Positions 37,621 through 49,988 of a stretch of 64,000 nt of DNA are shown here, one piece after another. Origin of the DNA: Callorhinchus milii (taxonomy: Eukaryota). Positions within the stretch are counted from its first letter, which is position 1. Every line of letters starts with the position of its first letter. Below the pieces are notes generated by a model. It searched no databases, was not told where the DNA came from, and saw nothing but the letters and a program-made list of their open reading frames with translations. The stretch spans positions 112,594,001 to 112,658,000 of the forward strand of contig NW_024704743.1 in assembly GCF_018977255.1 (NCBI RefSeq). The letters run 5' to 3'. Made by a program: the position numbers and the translations under genes.

Positions 37621-40600
37621 AAGTCTTGAGGCATTCCTTGAAGGAGGCAAGGGAGGGAGCAAGGCGAAGGGACTGTGATGTGGAGTTCCAAAGGGTGAGG
37701 GCAGAGAGGCTGAAGTCTGAGGTTAAGAACATCTCAGGTGTAAAGATTCATGTTTGGTATTTTCGAAATTTTGCTTTATAATTATTTTTAATCCATATTC
37801 AGGTGAATTATAAATATTACCAATATTTTGTGGTTTGTAAGCTTAAAGGGCATAAAATAATTTAATTTGCATTTCTTTTATGATCCAACTATTATGTAAT
37901 TTTCAGTTTTAAGAATTTATATTCCTTGTAAATGTACAGATTTAATGTATTCCTGTAACACTGACTATCTTAAAGTAAAAATGAAATAATTAACAGAACT
38001 ACAGAATCTTTTGTAATACCATGTTTTCTGATTAAACTTTATAAAAATATTTTTGTTGAAGTACTGCAGGAGCTCTTGTGAGTTTTTTCAGGACCTTCAT
38101 CTACAGAGATTTATATTTATTTAGTCTTCAATCCTGCATTGATTTAACTCCAGTCTGCTGTATTTACTCAAAGGCTGTCTAACCTATTTATGTTCTTGGG
38201 CCATTTAATTGCTTATCACACATCCCTGCGATCTTACACATGCAGTTTGAATGTAAAGAATATTTTATTAGAGGATCTACTTTTTTCACTCACTGAAGCT
38301 GCTGAAATGAAACTAAGATAATTAATTTATTGCGATGGAGACTTTCTATAATACAATACAAATGACATTTGTATAGCGACTTTCATGTTAGGAGGACGTC
38401 CCAAGGCACTGACTGGACAGTCGGGGATTTAGACCCAAACTGGGCTTTGGGATCTGGGAGGGTAGGAGGGTGGCCAAAGGCTCTGTCGAAGAGGAGGGTT
38501 TTGAGATGGTATAAGGCGATATGAAACCCAAGTTTACTGTCTGGTGTCATAAAGTTTCAAACATGCAAATTCTTTTATGAGAGACTAAGCTGGAAAAATA
38601 ACAACAGCTTGCATTTATAAAGGGTAGAGTAACATCTTGAAGCGATATACAGTGCTGGGGTAGAAGTGTGTGTGAGAGAGCCATAAACACAGATAAATAA
38701 GTAGGCTTTAAAGAGGAACTTGAAGACCGATAGAGAGAGGCGGCAAGACGAAGGGTCAAGAGAGGTTACTGGCGAAACCAAACAAATAACTTCCATGGTG
38801 ACACTTGTTTGTGAAAGGTCAGCAGAATCAGGATTCTTTTAAAAAAGGAAAAGGGATATTAACATCTAGAAACATTTAAAATTAGCTCTCCAATATATTC
38901 CTGAGTTTCTTCAGCAAGGAGCTGAACCCGACAGATCAGAAGGCTCCATTAGGTTTGATCCCAAATCGGTGCTGTTAGCAATCTTCTTCTAGTATGGGGC
39001 ATAATATTTGCAGCGTTATTAGCATCCTGGTTCCCGTTCTTGATCATTATCCAGTGAGCTGTACTGCGGTGAGCATTTGCAGAACCTGGGGATGATAACA
39101 TCTAGCCTGAATGTAATGTCCTCTATAGTCCAATAGTCGGTTAAGGTTCACATCTGGTCAGTGATCATTTCAGTACAAGGACTATTTTTGACAGTGGAAC
39201 CATACCCTAGTGGAAAGAAAAGGTGTCAAATACCATCATGAAAGAAGTAGAGTACATTTTTGGGGGTGGGGGAGTGGGGAGTAAAGTTAATTACCTACCT
39301 GCACCACATATGTGTATGTTCAAAATTGAAATATAGATTTAAAAGTCTGGAGCATGGATTTCAGGGAGTCCTAATATTGAAAGCAGTATTAGGAAATGAA
39401 AAAAAAGCTTCCTTCTCAATTATCATCTTTTAGATAACCTAGTCACTATTTCCCACAAGTGGGAACAGTCTATTTATGCTAAAATGTGAATTTGCAGTTT
39501 GCATAGCCAGGGTGCACAGACCACACATGTTGGAAAGCCTACATGTTATCACTCATTATTCTTTATTTCAATCAAGAACCTTTCAAACCCATAGGATTCA
39601 GAATGGATGAAACTCACTTAATTCACGGGGGTAATAATTCCTTTAAAAAAAATTGTTCATTCAATTCATGACTGTTTTGGGACACTGCTGTGCGCAATTG
39701 GCTGCCATGCTTCACCCACAAAAGTATACAGTCAATTCATTTTATAGTATCTTCTGGGAAGCGCTTTGAGACATCTCGAAGACGTGATAAGGTGCTATAT
39801 CAAATGCAAAGATTATTATAACTAAATATTACCAAATGATTAAACAACTAACAATAAATAACACATACCTACAGACTTCCCAGATCACAGTGCTGAACAT
39901 TACAGATGCTCAGTAGTGTACAACTGAGAGCTTTCTCCTAAATATAGTTATAGTTAGCTAACAAAAGGGTTAAGGTGGACTAAAAATACCACGACTTTGT
40001 TGAAGCTTACTCTAGCGCATTATTGGCTCAGAATTCATGTGGCTACTGCTAACTTGGTTAATCCAGCATGATACTCTATGATCCTTTGCATACTTTGTTC
40101 ATCAAGACTGCTTGGTACCTTTTTTCAAAAGTGATAAAGCCATTTGAGATATTTTTTGTTGACATGTTGACAGAATCGTGCCATTTGGGTGTAATATTTA
40201 CACCTAGCTAACAGACTTGGCTGTATTGAAACAGTTGTATTGAAATGGCAACTGAAGGTACTTTTATTGCTTTGAGCAGAAACATGTAGGTGTACTTTCC
40301 TTTCTGAACAGAAAAGGGAACTTTTAAACTGTGGACCACGTATTATGCTCTGCAGTTCTATCTTGCGGTAAAGATTTTCCCATTGTAATAACACTATATT
40401 GGCAATTTGCTCAGGAATGGCCTTTGATTATGCTGGGCTTCTTATTAAATGCTCAGGATTACAAGAGACACGTATACTACCTAATTAGACCTTTTTTTAT
40501 TTTACGTACAGAATTGGCTGTATTGCCAGGCGATGGGTTTCATTAGACGGGTTTCATTTTGGGTGGGCACAGTTGGAATGTGCCTATTATGTTAATTTCT

Positions 40601-41484
40601 TTTCAAGAACAAAGCGTCTGGGTTTAGTTATTTAACACTTTATTTAATAGGTTTCTCATTTACACGTGAGCCAAGAAGGAAAGGTTAATAACCTTGATAC
40701 AGAACCCGTTTGTTCTGTTGGTCTACCCCGTGTTTGTAGGCAGCTGAGCAAAATGCTTAGATCAGCTGGTTAAAAATGATCTGCCCTTCCCCCCTTTAGA
40801 GTAAGTCGAACTGTGGATCGTTGCCATGGAGATGGCTCTTTCTAGCTCATCAGATTTTAAATGGTTTTCCACATCAACTGAACAGCTGTACGCAGAGTTT
40901 CTACCCGCGCTTTCGGCATTTCCTTAACCACTGAGCTGTGCTAAGGACACATCAAACCAACCATCTAAAATCCGATCTCTAGTGCGGTCATCACATACAT
41001 CGATCATTTTTATTAAACGTCGGTACGTATTTTTTTTGCGCAGAGCTTTTACGTTTCGGATCAGGTCGGTAAAGTTACTGGAAATAACTTTGGCATCTGC
41101 CAAAAAGAGATAACCACTTAGCTAGCGGCTGATGTTTGCTGAAATATTCTACACTCTGTGCTGGTTTCAAAGCAAAGCTCAAAGTTTTGAACAGGGCACC
41201 TTTATAGGATTATTCAAAAGTGCTTTTAAATATTACACTGGTTTTATCAAATACATACAGTACATAATAGTGCTTACTTGCATTTACATAGCACATAAAA
41301 ATGAACTTCTTCAAGCACTTTACCAAATTATTTAATGTACATATATTTAGAATGTACAACTATTATTTACACTTAAGATGGATCTGCTATTTTTTCAGGA
41401 TTCTCCTTTCCGTTGTAGTTGCCTCTATATGTGCATCTGTACATCTTTATAGATGGGTTGTTAGTTATATTATCAGCCTGGCTC

Positions 41485-41870
41485 AGTGGTAGGACTTTCA
41501 CCCCGAATTAAAAGGTGGTAGGTTCAAGCTCCACTTTGGGACTGTAAACTCACAGTGTAGGCTGGCTGACCCTCCAGAACAGTGCTGGAAAAACATCCTT
41601 TGGATGAGATGTTAATCCGAGGTTGTATCTGCCTGTTCAGGTGGATACTAAAGATCCTATTTTCAAAAAGAGAAGGAAATTTCTTCTGGACTCCTGGACA
41701 ACAACCTCCCCAAATGATTCATGGCTTGCTTGTGAAACATTGCTGTGTGCAAATTGTCTGCCATGTTTATCTACAAATGCACAGTCACTACACTTTACAG
41801 TAACTTCTGCAAGGCGCTTTGCGATGTTTCAACAATGTGATAAGGTACTATATCAAATGCTTATTATTAA
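41485..41870 (+). mobile_element. Old Deu-domain-like SINE (SacSINE1/AmnSINE1-type)
   Basis: Decayed tRNA-like head, then GGATGAGATGTTAATCCGAGG...TCAGGTGGATACTAAAGATCC, resembling the Deu domain as I recall it. Related copies at about 2100-2420(+), 10860-11560(+, split), 46910-47135(+) and 50510-50810(-). Confidence 0.7.
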
Positions 41871-44782
41871 TCTTACACACAGAGTGTAGAATTCTCCAGT
41901 GACAAAATGGAAGAATACCCCCCACTATCATCCGAGTTTTAACCAAGTTTTAATATAAAATGCTAAATAATGGTGTACCAAGTAATAAGTAATAGATCTG
42001 CTACAAATATTGCAATGCCATGCAATATGACTCAACACAGATCTCCAGAGGTTAATTTTGCTGCTGGAAGGCAGTAAATATAGCAGATAACTTCAAATGT
42101 CTTTACTCAGTTTTTACAGGCTAACTGAACTCCATGATCATGTGTGATCATATTTTCCCCCTGTATTTAATTTCAGTCAGAAAACTCATGTAGGTCTCAC
42201 TTTACCAAATTCCAACTCCAATTTCACACACTGTTTGCATGCCAGATTGGGATTCAAGATGCAGTACTCCCAGTGACTTAAGTATGATCTTTATATTATC
42301 TATCTCCCTGCTGCCCGCCCACCCCACTCAGCTAATGGACTTGCTGTATGTTCCCTGCCCTACCCGCACCACCATTGACAACTGAGCTTCTCTGCCCAAA
42401 CCTCTGCAACTCCCTCCATCCCTCGACACCTCTGCCTTGCCCCCTTTCTATCTGTTTTCAAATCCTGCCTTAAAACTTGCATTTTCTACCACAGCTATGG
42501 TCACCTTCTTCACTCCCACCGCCTGAGGTCTGTCTCCGTCATCGTAAAGCTCTCCCAACATTATTCTAAGTGAAGCACTATGTAAATGCAAGTTTTTGTA
42601 GTAAATCTTTATTAATTATATTTGTGATTGAGAACATGTTGAAAAATCAATGCAACTTCATCTTGACCCACGTTTTGTCTATTTTTGATTAGATTCCACT
42701 TCTGTATTTCTTGGAAGTGAAGCAACAGGTGTGAGAGAGAAGAGTGGAAACTACTGAGAAGCAACTTTATTCAGTCAGAAAATTGAATCTGATCATTTGA
42801 GCTGCAGATTAGACAAGTCTTTCAATGTGTTATTTTCCTCAATTGGGTAAACCAACTGGTAACGCAAAATGTCGATAAAAGCTGTTTAAAATTGACTGAA
42901 AAAATGGACAATTACTTAGTTACTGTACTTTAAAATGGGTTACTAGACTCTTGCTGTAACTTTTAAAAACTGTAAATTGAATAGTTTGCTTAAAAATCAT
43001 CCATTAAATTTTTATACAGTATCTTTCACTCTGAAAGCCTTATGTCTTTAAGACTGTTCCCAAGTATCCAGAAAAGCAATCTAATGATACCCTGAATTCA
43101 TTGGAACGGTTTCAAAGATCACGTCAGGTATCAGGATTCGCCAACTACACGGTAATTCTTATTGCCTAAAGTGTACTTCTGCCCCACTCCATGCATCATT
43201 CATTTTTTAAAAATAAAATATCCTCACTAAATTGTATGAGACCTATATTTGGACCATTTAGCATTGAGGCACTGTGGACAGTTATGTCACAGCTAGTGCA
43301 TTGAGTTATCACCCAGCTGGGAACGCTGCATATTCTGAGACTCAGCAACTTTACTTACTGATGGTAAATTAAGACACCAACTCATTGCACAGTTGCAATA
43401 GTTACATTTAGGTACACCTCCAGGACCCAGCAAAGATTTCCGTCGATCTGATTCATTCAAAAGCCAGAAAGAACTTTAATTTGATCTGGTGTCTGCCAGT
43501 AGTGTTGAAACACCACAAAGCACCTCGCAGTAATTAGTGTGAGGTGTCGTAGGTGTACTATGAGACTCTGCCACTGTCAAGCGCTCTGGGACGCTACCCC
43601 TCATAAAGGGCGCTATATAAATGCAAGTTGTTGTTGTTGTAGCTATTTATTTATAAATAGCGAATGTAGCAGTTCAATTTGTGCACGACAAAGCCCCACA
43701 AACAGACATGAGCTGAATAATTAATACAGATGCGAATATGTTTGCGTTTCAAACTTTCGCGAACCCCTGCTTTTCTCAAACCGTTCTCATGAGGCTTCCA
43801 AGGAACACTTGCTACACCCTTGATCAGAAGTAAGGGTTTGTTTTGTAAATTATTACACAATGATTTATCTTCACGTATACTATAGTGGTATTGAGATTTC
43901 CCCAATTATTACACGCAAAATTATTACACACAGAAATATTGACGTACATGGTTATCTGGAAGGTTTGGGCTCAGCACACCAAGAGCCTGATATTCCGTTC
44001 TCTTAGCGTATAGTGTCACGGGATCTTTAATGTCTTAAGTGAACAGGATGGCCTTTTCAACATTGTAGCACTGGAGGGATAATGTGGGATTTGAACCATA
44101 AACTTTACCCAGAGATCAGAATGTGACTGACTGAGATGGGGTTACTACTTCCGTAAAGGAAGAGAAACAAGAAGCCCTACCCCAATAAATCACTGGGAAA
44201 TTTAATCCAGCAAAGGTAATTAAAAAATGTCAACTTTGGCACCAAGAAGCAGGCAAAGTAGATACAGTACTGGAGCTATTCTCAATACATTCTGCTCCTC
44301 CCAAATCTATGAATCAGGATGAATGAATACCTCGGAGAATGCTGGGTGAGGTTTAAAAATCTACGAACAACACAGAGAAAACCAAGGAAAATATTGAATT
44401 CAACCACCCAGCCAGAGAGCCACGGGGAGGGAAAGAACTGCAATGAGAACTCTGAGCAAGTGAAGCAATTTATTTTGCCAGGGAGATTGAAGCCAATGTG
44501 AGAGCTTTTTGTAGGATTTATTTTTCCCATTGATTCTGGTGAAGATCTTCCTTCCCCATATATTTACCTTGCAGAATACAATGTACAATCAAAATATTGG
44601 AACCTGGTACATTAGTGAACTTATCCAGTTTAGTTATCTCTGAAGTCATAGCTGTCAGCCTGGCTCAGTTGTGACTTAATTGAACACAAGGCAGAACAAT
44701 CAAACCATTATTTTAACAGTTTTTCTTAGAAATTCTATGGCTTTTGTTTTATTGTATGCAGATGAATGCTTCTGAATAACAT

Positions 44783-45705
44783 TGTGGAGTCCTATAGATC
44801 AATGGTTATAGCGCTCGTCTCACAAGTGAGATCCCTGGGTTTGAATCCCGGGCAGGGCAAAATGTTACGCAATAACAACAACAGCAAAATTACATTTGTA
44901 AAGCGCCCTTCATGTCGGGAGGATGTCCCAAGGCGCTGGACAGACAGAGTTTCGGACCCGAACTAGGCGTCGGGGTCGGGGAGGGTGGAGGGTTGGAGGG
45001 GAAGCAGGGAGATCAAAAGCACGGTCAAAGAAGAGGGTCTTGAGATGGGTCTTGAAGGTGGCAATGGGGGGGGTGGCGAGATGGAGGGACTGCGGGATGG
45101 AGTTCCAGAGGGTGGGGGCAGAGTGGCAGAAGGCCCGCCCGTCAATAGTGGGGCGTGTGAGGAGGGGACGTGAAGCAGGCCGGAGCCCACTGAGCGGAGG
45201 GAGCGAGCAGGATGGTAGGGGGTTAGGAGGTCGCAGAAGTAGTGGGGAGCAAGGCCATGGACGGCTTTGAAGGTGAGGACCAGGATCTTGAACTGTATCT
45301 TCTGGGTGATGGCAAGGATGGGCGTGATAGGGTCGCGGAGCCTAGTGCGGGAGAGAACACGGGCTGCAGAGTTCTGGGTGATCTGCAGCCTATGGAGGGA
45401 GGAATAAGCAAGTTTCCTTACTCCACACACTTCTGTTTACCTAGCAGTAAGTAGAAACCAGGTTGTTCGTCAATTGGCGGATTGCTTTTCCGGGGTAATT
45501 ATTCCTTCATAATAGTAATAATATTTTTATTGGTCAATCGATCCACAACTGTTTGTGGGACACTGCTGTGCGCAATTAGTAGCCACGTTTCACCCACAAA
45601 ATATGCATTCAATTCACTTTACAGTATATTCTGTGAAGCGCTTTGAGATGTCTCGAAGACGTGATAAGGCGCTATAGCAAATGGAAAGATTATTATTATT
45701 ATTAT
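44783..45705 (+). mobile_element. tRNA SINE (long form), split by an antisense L2 at about 44870-45405
   Basis: Head at 44783-44868. The body resumes with GCAAGTTTCCTTACTCCACAC at about 45407 and ends in (ATT)n. Confidence 0.85.
44870..45405 (-). mobile_element. L2-clade LINE 3' end
   Basis: LQITQNSAARVL...FKILVLTFKAVHGLAP, with an (AAC)n tail at the left end. Confidence 0.9.
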
Positions 45706-48700
45706 TGACATATAAGTGAAGGGAGATGTCAGATAAAGCATTGATGTAGAATGCTTAGTAATAGCACAGTGTTTAAAAGAGAATTGGATAAGCACTAGAA
45801 GAAAATAGTACAAAAGGGTAAAGAGTAACCTTATAAATATGATATGATTAAAGAGCCGAGAATGTGACAATTCTCGGATACACAAATAATGACGTGTTGA
45901 ATGGCTTCCTAAGGTGCTGTAAAGGGTCTAGGATTCTATTCTATAAATTGAAAGCTGCATGGAAGTCCAGTTCAGTTGTCATAGAATCCATAATTATAGG
46001 ATTCAAAGTGTGTATTTTTCTAGCAATCATTGAGGAAAATTATTCATCAAAATCTACATTTTTGAGAACCCACTTGCCTGGACTATGTCGAGCTTAGATG
46101 CTCAGACAATTGGCCTTTAGCCATAACATCATTTTTGGCAATTGGCAAAAGCTCTGGCAAAATAAATGCAGCCAAAGTAAATTTAAAGATCAGCGCTTTA
46201 AATTAAATGTTACAAATATTGTATCCATCATAGTGTAACCTTAAAGAAGTAGGTGAACCTCATATAAGGACATTTGCTCGGAGGGAAAAGTATGCATATT
46301 CATGCACAGCTAAAAAGAGCAGTGCTGTAACTCAAATTGACATAAAGTAGAGACTGTCATTTTTCATCTAGCAGAGATTTCAACATCACATTAATGACAC
46401 AACTGTTATAGTAATTCTGACTTGCCAATGCAGTGAGCCCAAAATTGGTTGCAGATCGCCTTATCACAACGCATAGCCAATCACAAGTCATTGAAGTGGC
46501 ATTTATGCTTGTACTTGTCTTTCAGTGAGGTGGGTGTCTCAGATTGATAGAACAGGAATGTTGGCATCTTAAGTAGCAGCAATAACACAAGTTCAAGCTG
46601 ATTGCATCTCTTTGTAACTACGGCCAGCACACTTCTAAAAATAGTAAAAGTGAAAGGGATATTTAGGGTTATCTTTAGACAGTGCAGAACTGTCCTCTTG
46701 TATTGTAATGCTAGAAATGCAAGATATTTGTTCTATTGCCATCACTATCCTCCTTATTGAAGTTACCGTTGATAGCATTGCCATTTTACGGTGTTCCTTG
46801 CACTTTTCACACATGAGTTAATTTTTTGTATACAGTATTCATAAACGTTGGATTACAAAATGTTGATACAGTAATACTTTGTGCGTTTTATGTACTTCGT
46901 AGGTGGGAGCTTGAAGGGAGTTTCTCCCTGTGTCCTGGCCAACAATCTTCCAGATCGAAAAATTGGTAATTTATCACTTTTTGGCTGTTTGTAGGACATT
47001 GCTATATGTAAATTGGCTGCCACATTTGCCTATAAATACACAGTCGCTACACTTTACAGTAAAATCCTGTGACCCACTTTGAAATGTTTTCATGACGTGA
47101 TCAGGTGCTGTATTAAATGCAAAGATTATTTGATTATTAAACAGATATGAAAACTACCTTTTTTATTCAGTTTGTTCTGCGACCCACCACATCTTATGTT
47201 GAGTAATACACCGAGCCTACATCAGGACTCTGGCCTGAAATTTACAGGTAAATTATTATCACTCAGATTACAGAGAATTATTGTTTTCTCACAGTTAGAA
47301 TTGAGCTTGAATTTATATGTGGTGAATACTGTGCGTCATTTTAATAAATTGAAGTTCTAAGAGCCAAGCTATAGCTATATATTTTCTAATGAATAATCTA
47401 CAATGTTTTTCATGTAAATATTAAATTAGCACATAATTTGAGTATATAAAACTGAGAGAATAATTCTGGTTTTCCAGCTGTGCTACAGTTCAGATTATGT
47501 TCTACATATGGCTGTAGCCTTGAGGTATTCGTTCAAAGCTGAAAATGTCAACTTGCTCCTCACTACTACAGTCGTAATGTGAATATATTGATCCAACATT
47601 GAAGAACCCAGAAATAACAGCTGCCTATGAAAAGAACATGCTGATCAGTTATTGAAACTACCGTGGTCTTCAAGTGACAGTTTGTAGTCATTGCTGAGAA
47701 TAAACAAGCAAATTAAAACTGACAAGTGCCAGATATGTATACAATATCCATATTAAGACATCCCCCTTAATCTTTCCTCCAGTGTTAACATTCCCAGTTA
47801 TTATCTCTAGTCATAGTTTAGGTTAATAATCCCATCATCAATAAAGTCATTCATCTCTGTACTCTCTCAATGATATTACAGTATTTTGGATATAATGCTA
47901 AAATTCTCTCCGGTGATTGTCCAAAACATTTATTTTTCAGATATTCATTATTATCTTTGAGAAGTTAATTCCTAGAGCCCTTTTTTACTGGGAAGAATGT
48001 TTTAGTCTTGTACTTTTAACATCTTTACTAAAGCTCATTTCTAGTTCTGTTCAGCAAAACCTTATATTCCTCCCATAGTTCCCTCCTTTTTTGTTCCTCG
48101 GAAGTGTTATTTAATGTTCCACTTTATATTCTCATTTTTTTTAATCTTGAAAGTCATACCACTGTAAGTCGCTTCCACAAAATGCTATTCTTTATTTGAG
48201 CAAAAAGAGGATTTATTTATTCATCCTTAGAGTCATCATATTTACCTGGTTAAAAGGTTCATCATTTGTTTCAGTATCTGAGTTTTAAGGCTGTTCAGTT
48301 TTGTCTCCTGATATGTTTCAGATTTTATTTTATGTTGCTTTGAGCACTTTGAGCTTATTACAGCATGCATTTTATGCCGACACACAAAATTGTAAGAACT
48401 ACTGTAGTTTAGGTTTGTAATTGAAGAGAAAAGAAGCAAATACGGTTCATTAAAGCTCATTTACTTCAACCGGCGAATTACAGATTGAACACATTGCAGT
48501 TTTCACCGTTAGCAAATGCAGTGTACAGACCACCACATTCTGCACCTGACATTTTATTGCCAGGGGGATTTATTTTCGGGCTCATTTTGACTTCACTGTA
48601 GCATAAATGTGATTACAGTTTATTATATAATGTGTAACATTAGTTATTTTACTGTAATTGTACAATGACATTTTAGGATCTGTGCAACTGCATTGTTTAA

Positions 48701-49643
48701 AGTTGAGTCACCCTGCTACCAACTCTCCTAATCTCAACCCCCAGCTTGTGTACAAATCCTTAACTATCCAGCGCCTTAGGACGTCCTTCCAATGTGAAAG
48801 GCGCATACATTACAAACCTAAACTACAGTAGTTCTTACAATTTTGTGTGCTGGCATAAAATGCATACACATGTAATTTATTATTTTTGTTATGTGACTGT
48901 GGAAACCTTTAAACTAATGGAATTTAGCAGTTTTCACTTAGAACTACAGCTCTTTTTGAATGAAAATAATGGATGGGAAAAGGTTATGTATTCTTATAAT
49001 AATAAATATGCTTTAAATCAGTGGTACTTAATAATAATTGCATTTGATATAGCACCTTATCACATCTTCGAGACGTCTCAAGCACTTCACAGAATGTACT
49101 GTAAAATGAATTGACTGTATATGTTGTTGGTGAAACGCCTTTATAAATGAGACTAAAGCTTAGAGTTGCTTATTTTTCAAAGCCTAAATTGTGTTATTGA
49201 CCCTTAAGATTCAACTCTTGAAACCTTTTGGGCCATATAGTGGAGCACCCAAGGTCTTATGAGAACTCTTGAGCAAAACAGCAGGTATTTATTTTCACTG
49301 CTGGGTTTATATTGCAGTGGACCATATCAAAAATGTGCGGCTCTATCTCAATTTATGCTGCACATTTTGTGGCCAAGTGCTCAATAAAAGCGCAGTATGA
49401 ACACAGTATTAAAGCTGACAAAAATCATTGCATTCAATATAATGTCTTTAACTTACTGTAAAGTACAGTGACTATTTTGTAGGCGGACGCAGCAACTAAT
49501 TTGTGCACAGCAATGTCCCACATCCAGTCACAAATATGCACATCTAACAATACAGTGATCACCCAGCACATTAGCCCAGTAAGTCAGCCGAGACTGTGAG
49601 TTCAAGGTCCCAATGTGGTGTTTCAACCACATCTTTCTATTTT

Positions 49644-49988
49644 TGGAGTCCTGTAGCTTACTGGTTAGAGCACTCGCCTCGCAAGCGAGAGGAACTGGGC
49701 AAATTTCCTTACTCCACATGTCTCTGCTCACTTAGCAATAAGAAGGAATCCGGTTGTTAGTGAATTTGCTGATCGCTTTTCCAGGGATAATAATCTCTAA
49801 AATAAAAAAATAATAATTTGGTCACTCAACCCACGACTGTTGGTGGGACACTGCTGAGTGCAATTGGATGCCACGTTTCGCTCACAAAATATATAGTCAG
49901 TTCACTTTACAGTATATTCTGTGAAGGGCTTTGAGACGTCTCAAAGACGTGATAAGGCTCTATAGCAAATACAAGGATTATTATTATT
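49644..49988 (+). mobile_element. tRNA SINE (long form, B-box region deleted)
   Basis: The head jumps from GCAAGCGAGAG to CTGGGCAAATTTCC. The internal extra segment and the tail are present. Confidence 0.85.

Noticed and set aside
40781..40806. Pyrimidine tract plus TAG-A-GTAAGT as a 1-nt microexon
   Set aside because: It would frameshift JPH1 and is not a true AG|GT junction. Kept only as a possible donor within the enhancer finding.
49301..49395. Imperfect palindrome, possible MITE remnant
   Set aside because: The arms match only loosely and I found no second copy, so it is too weak to call.
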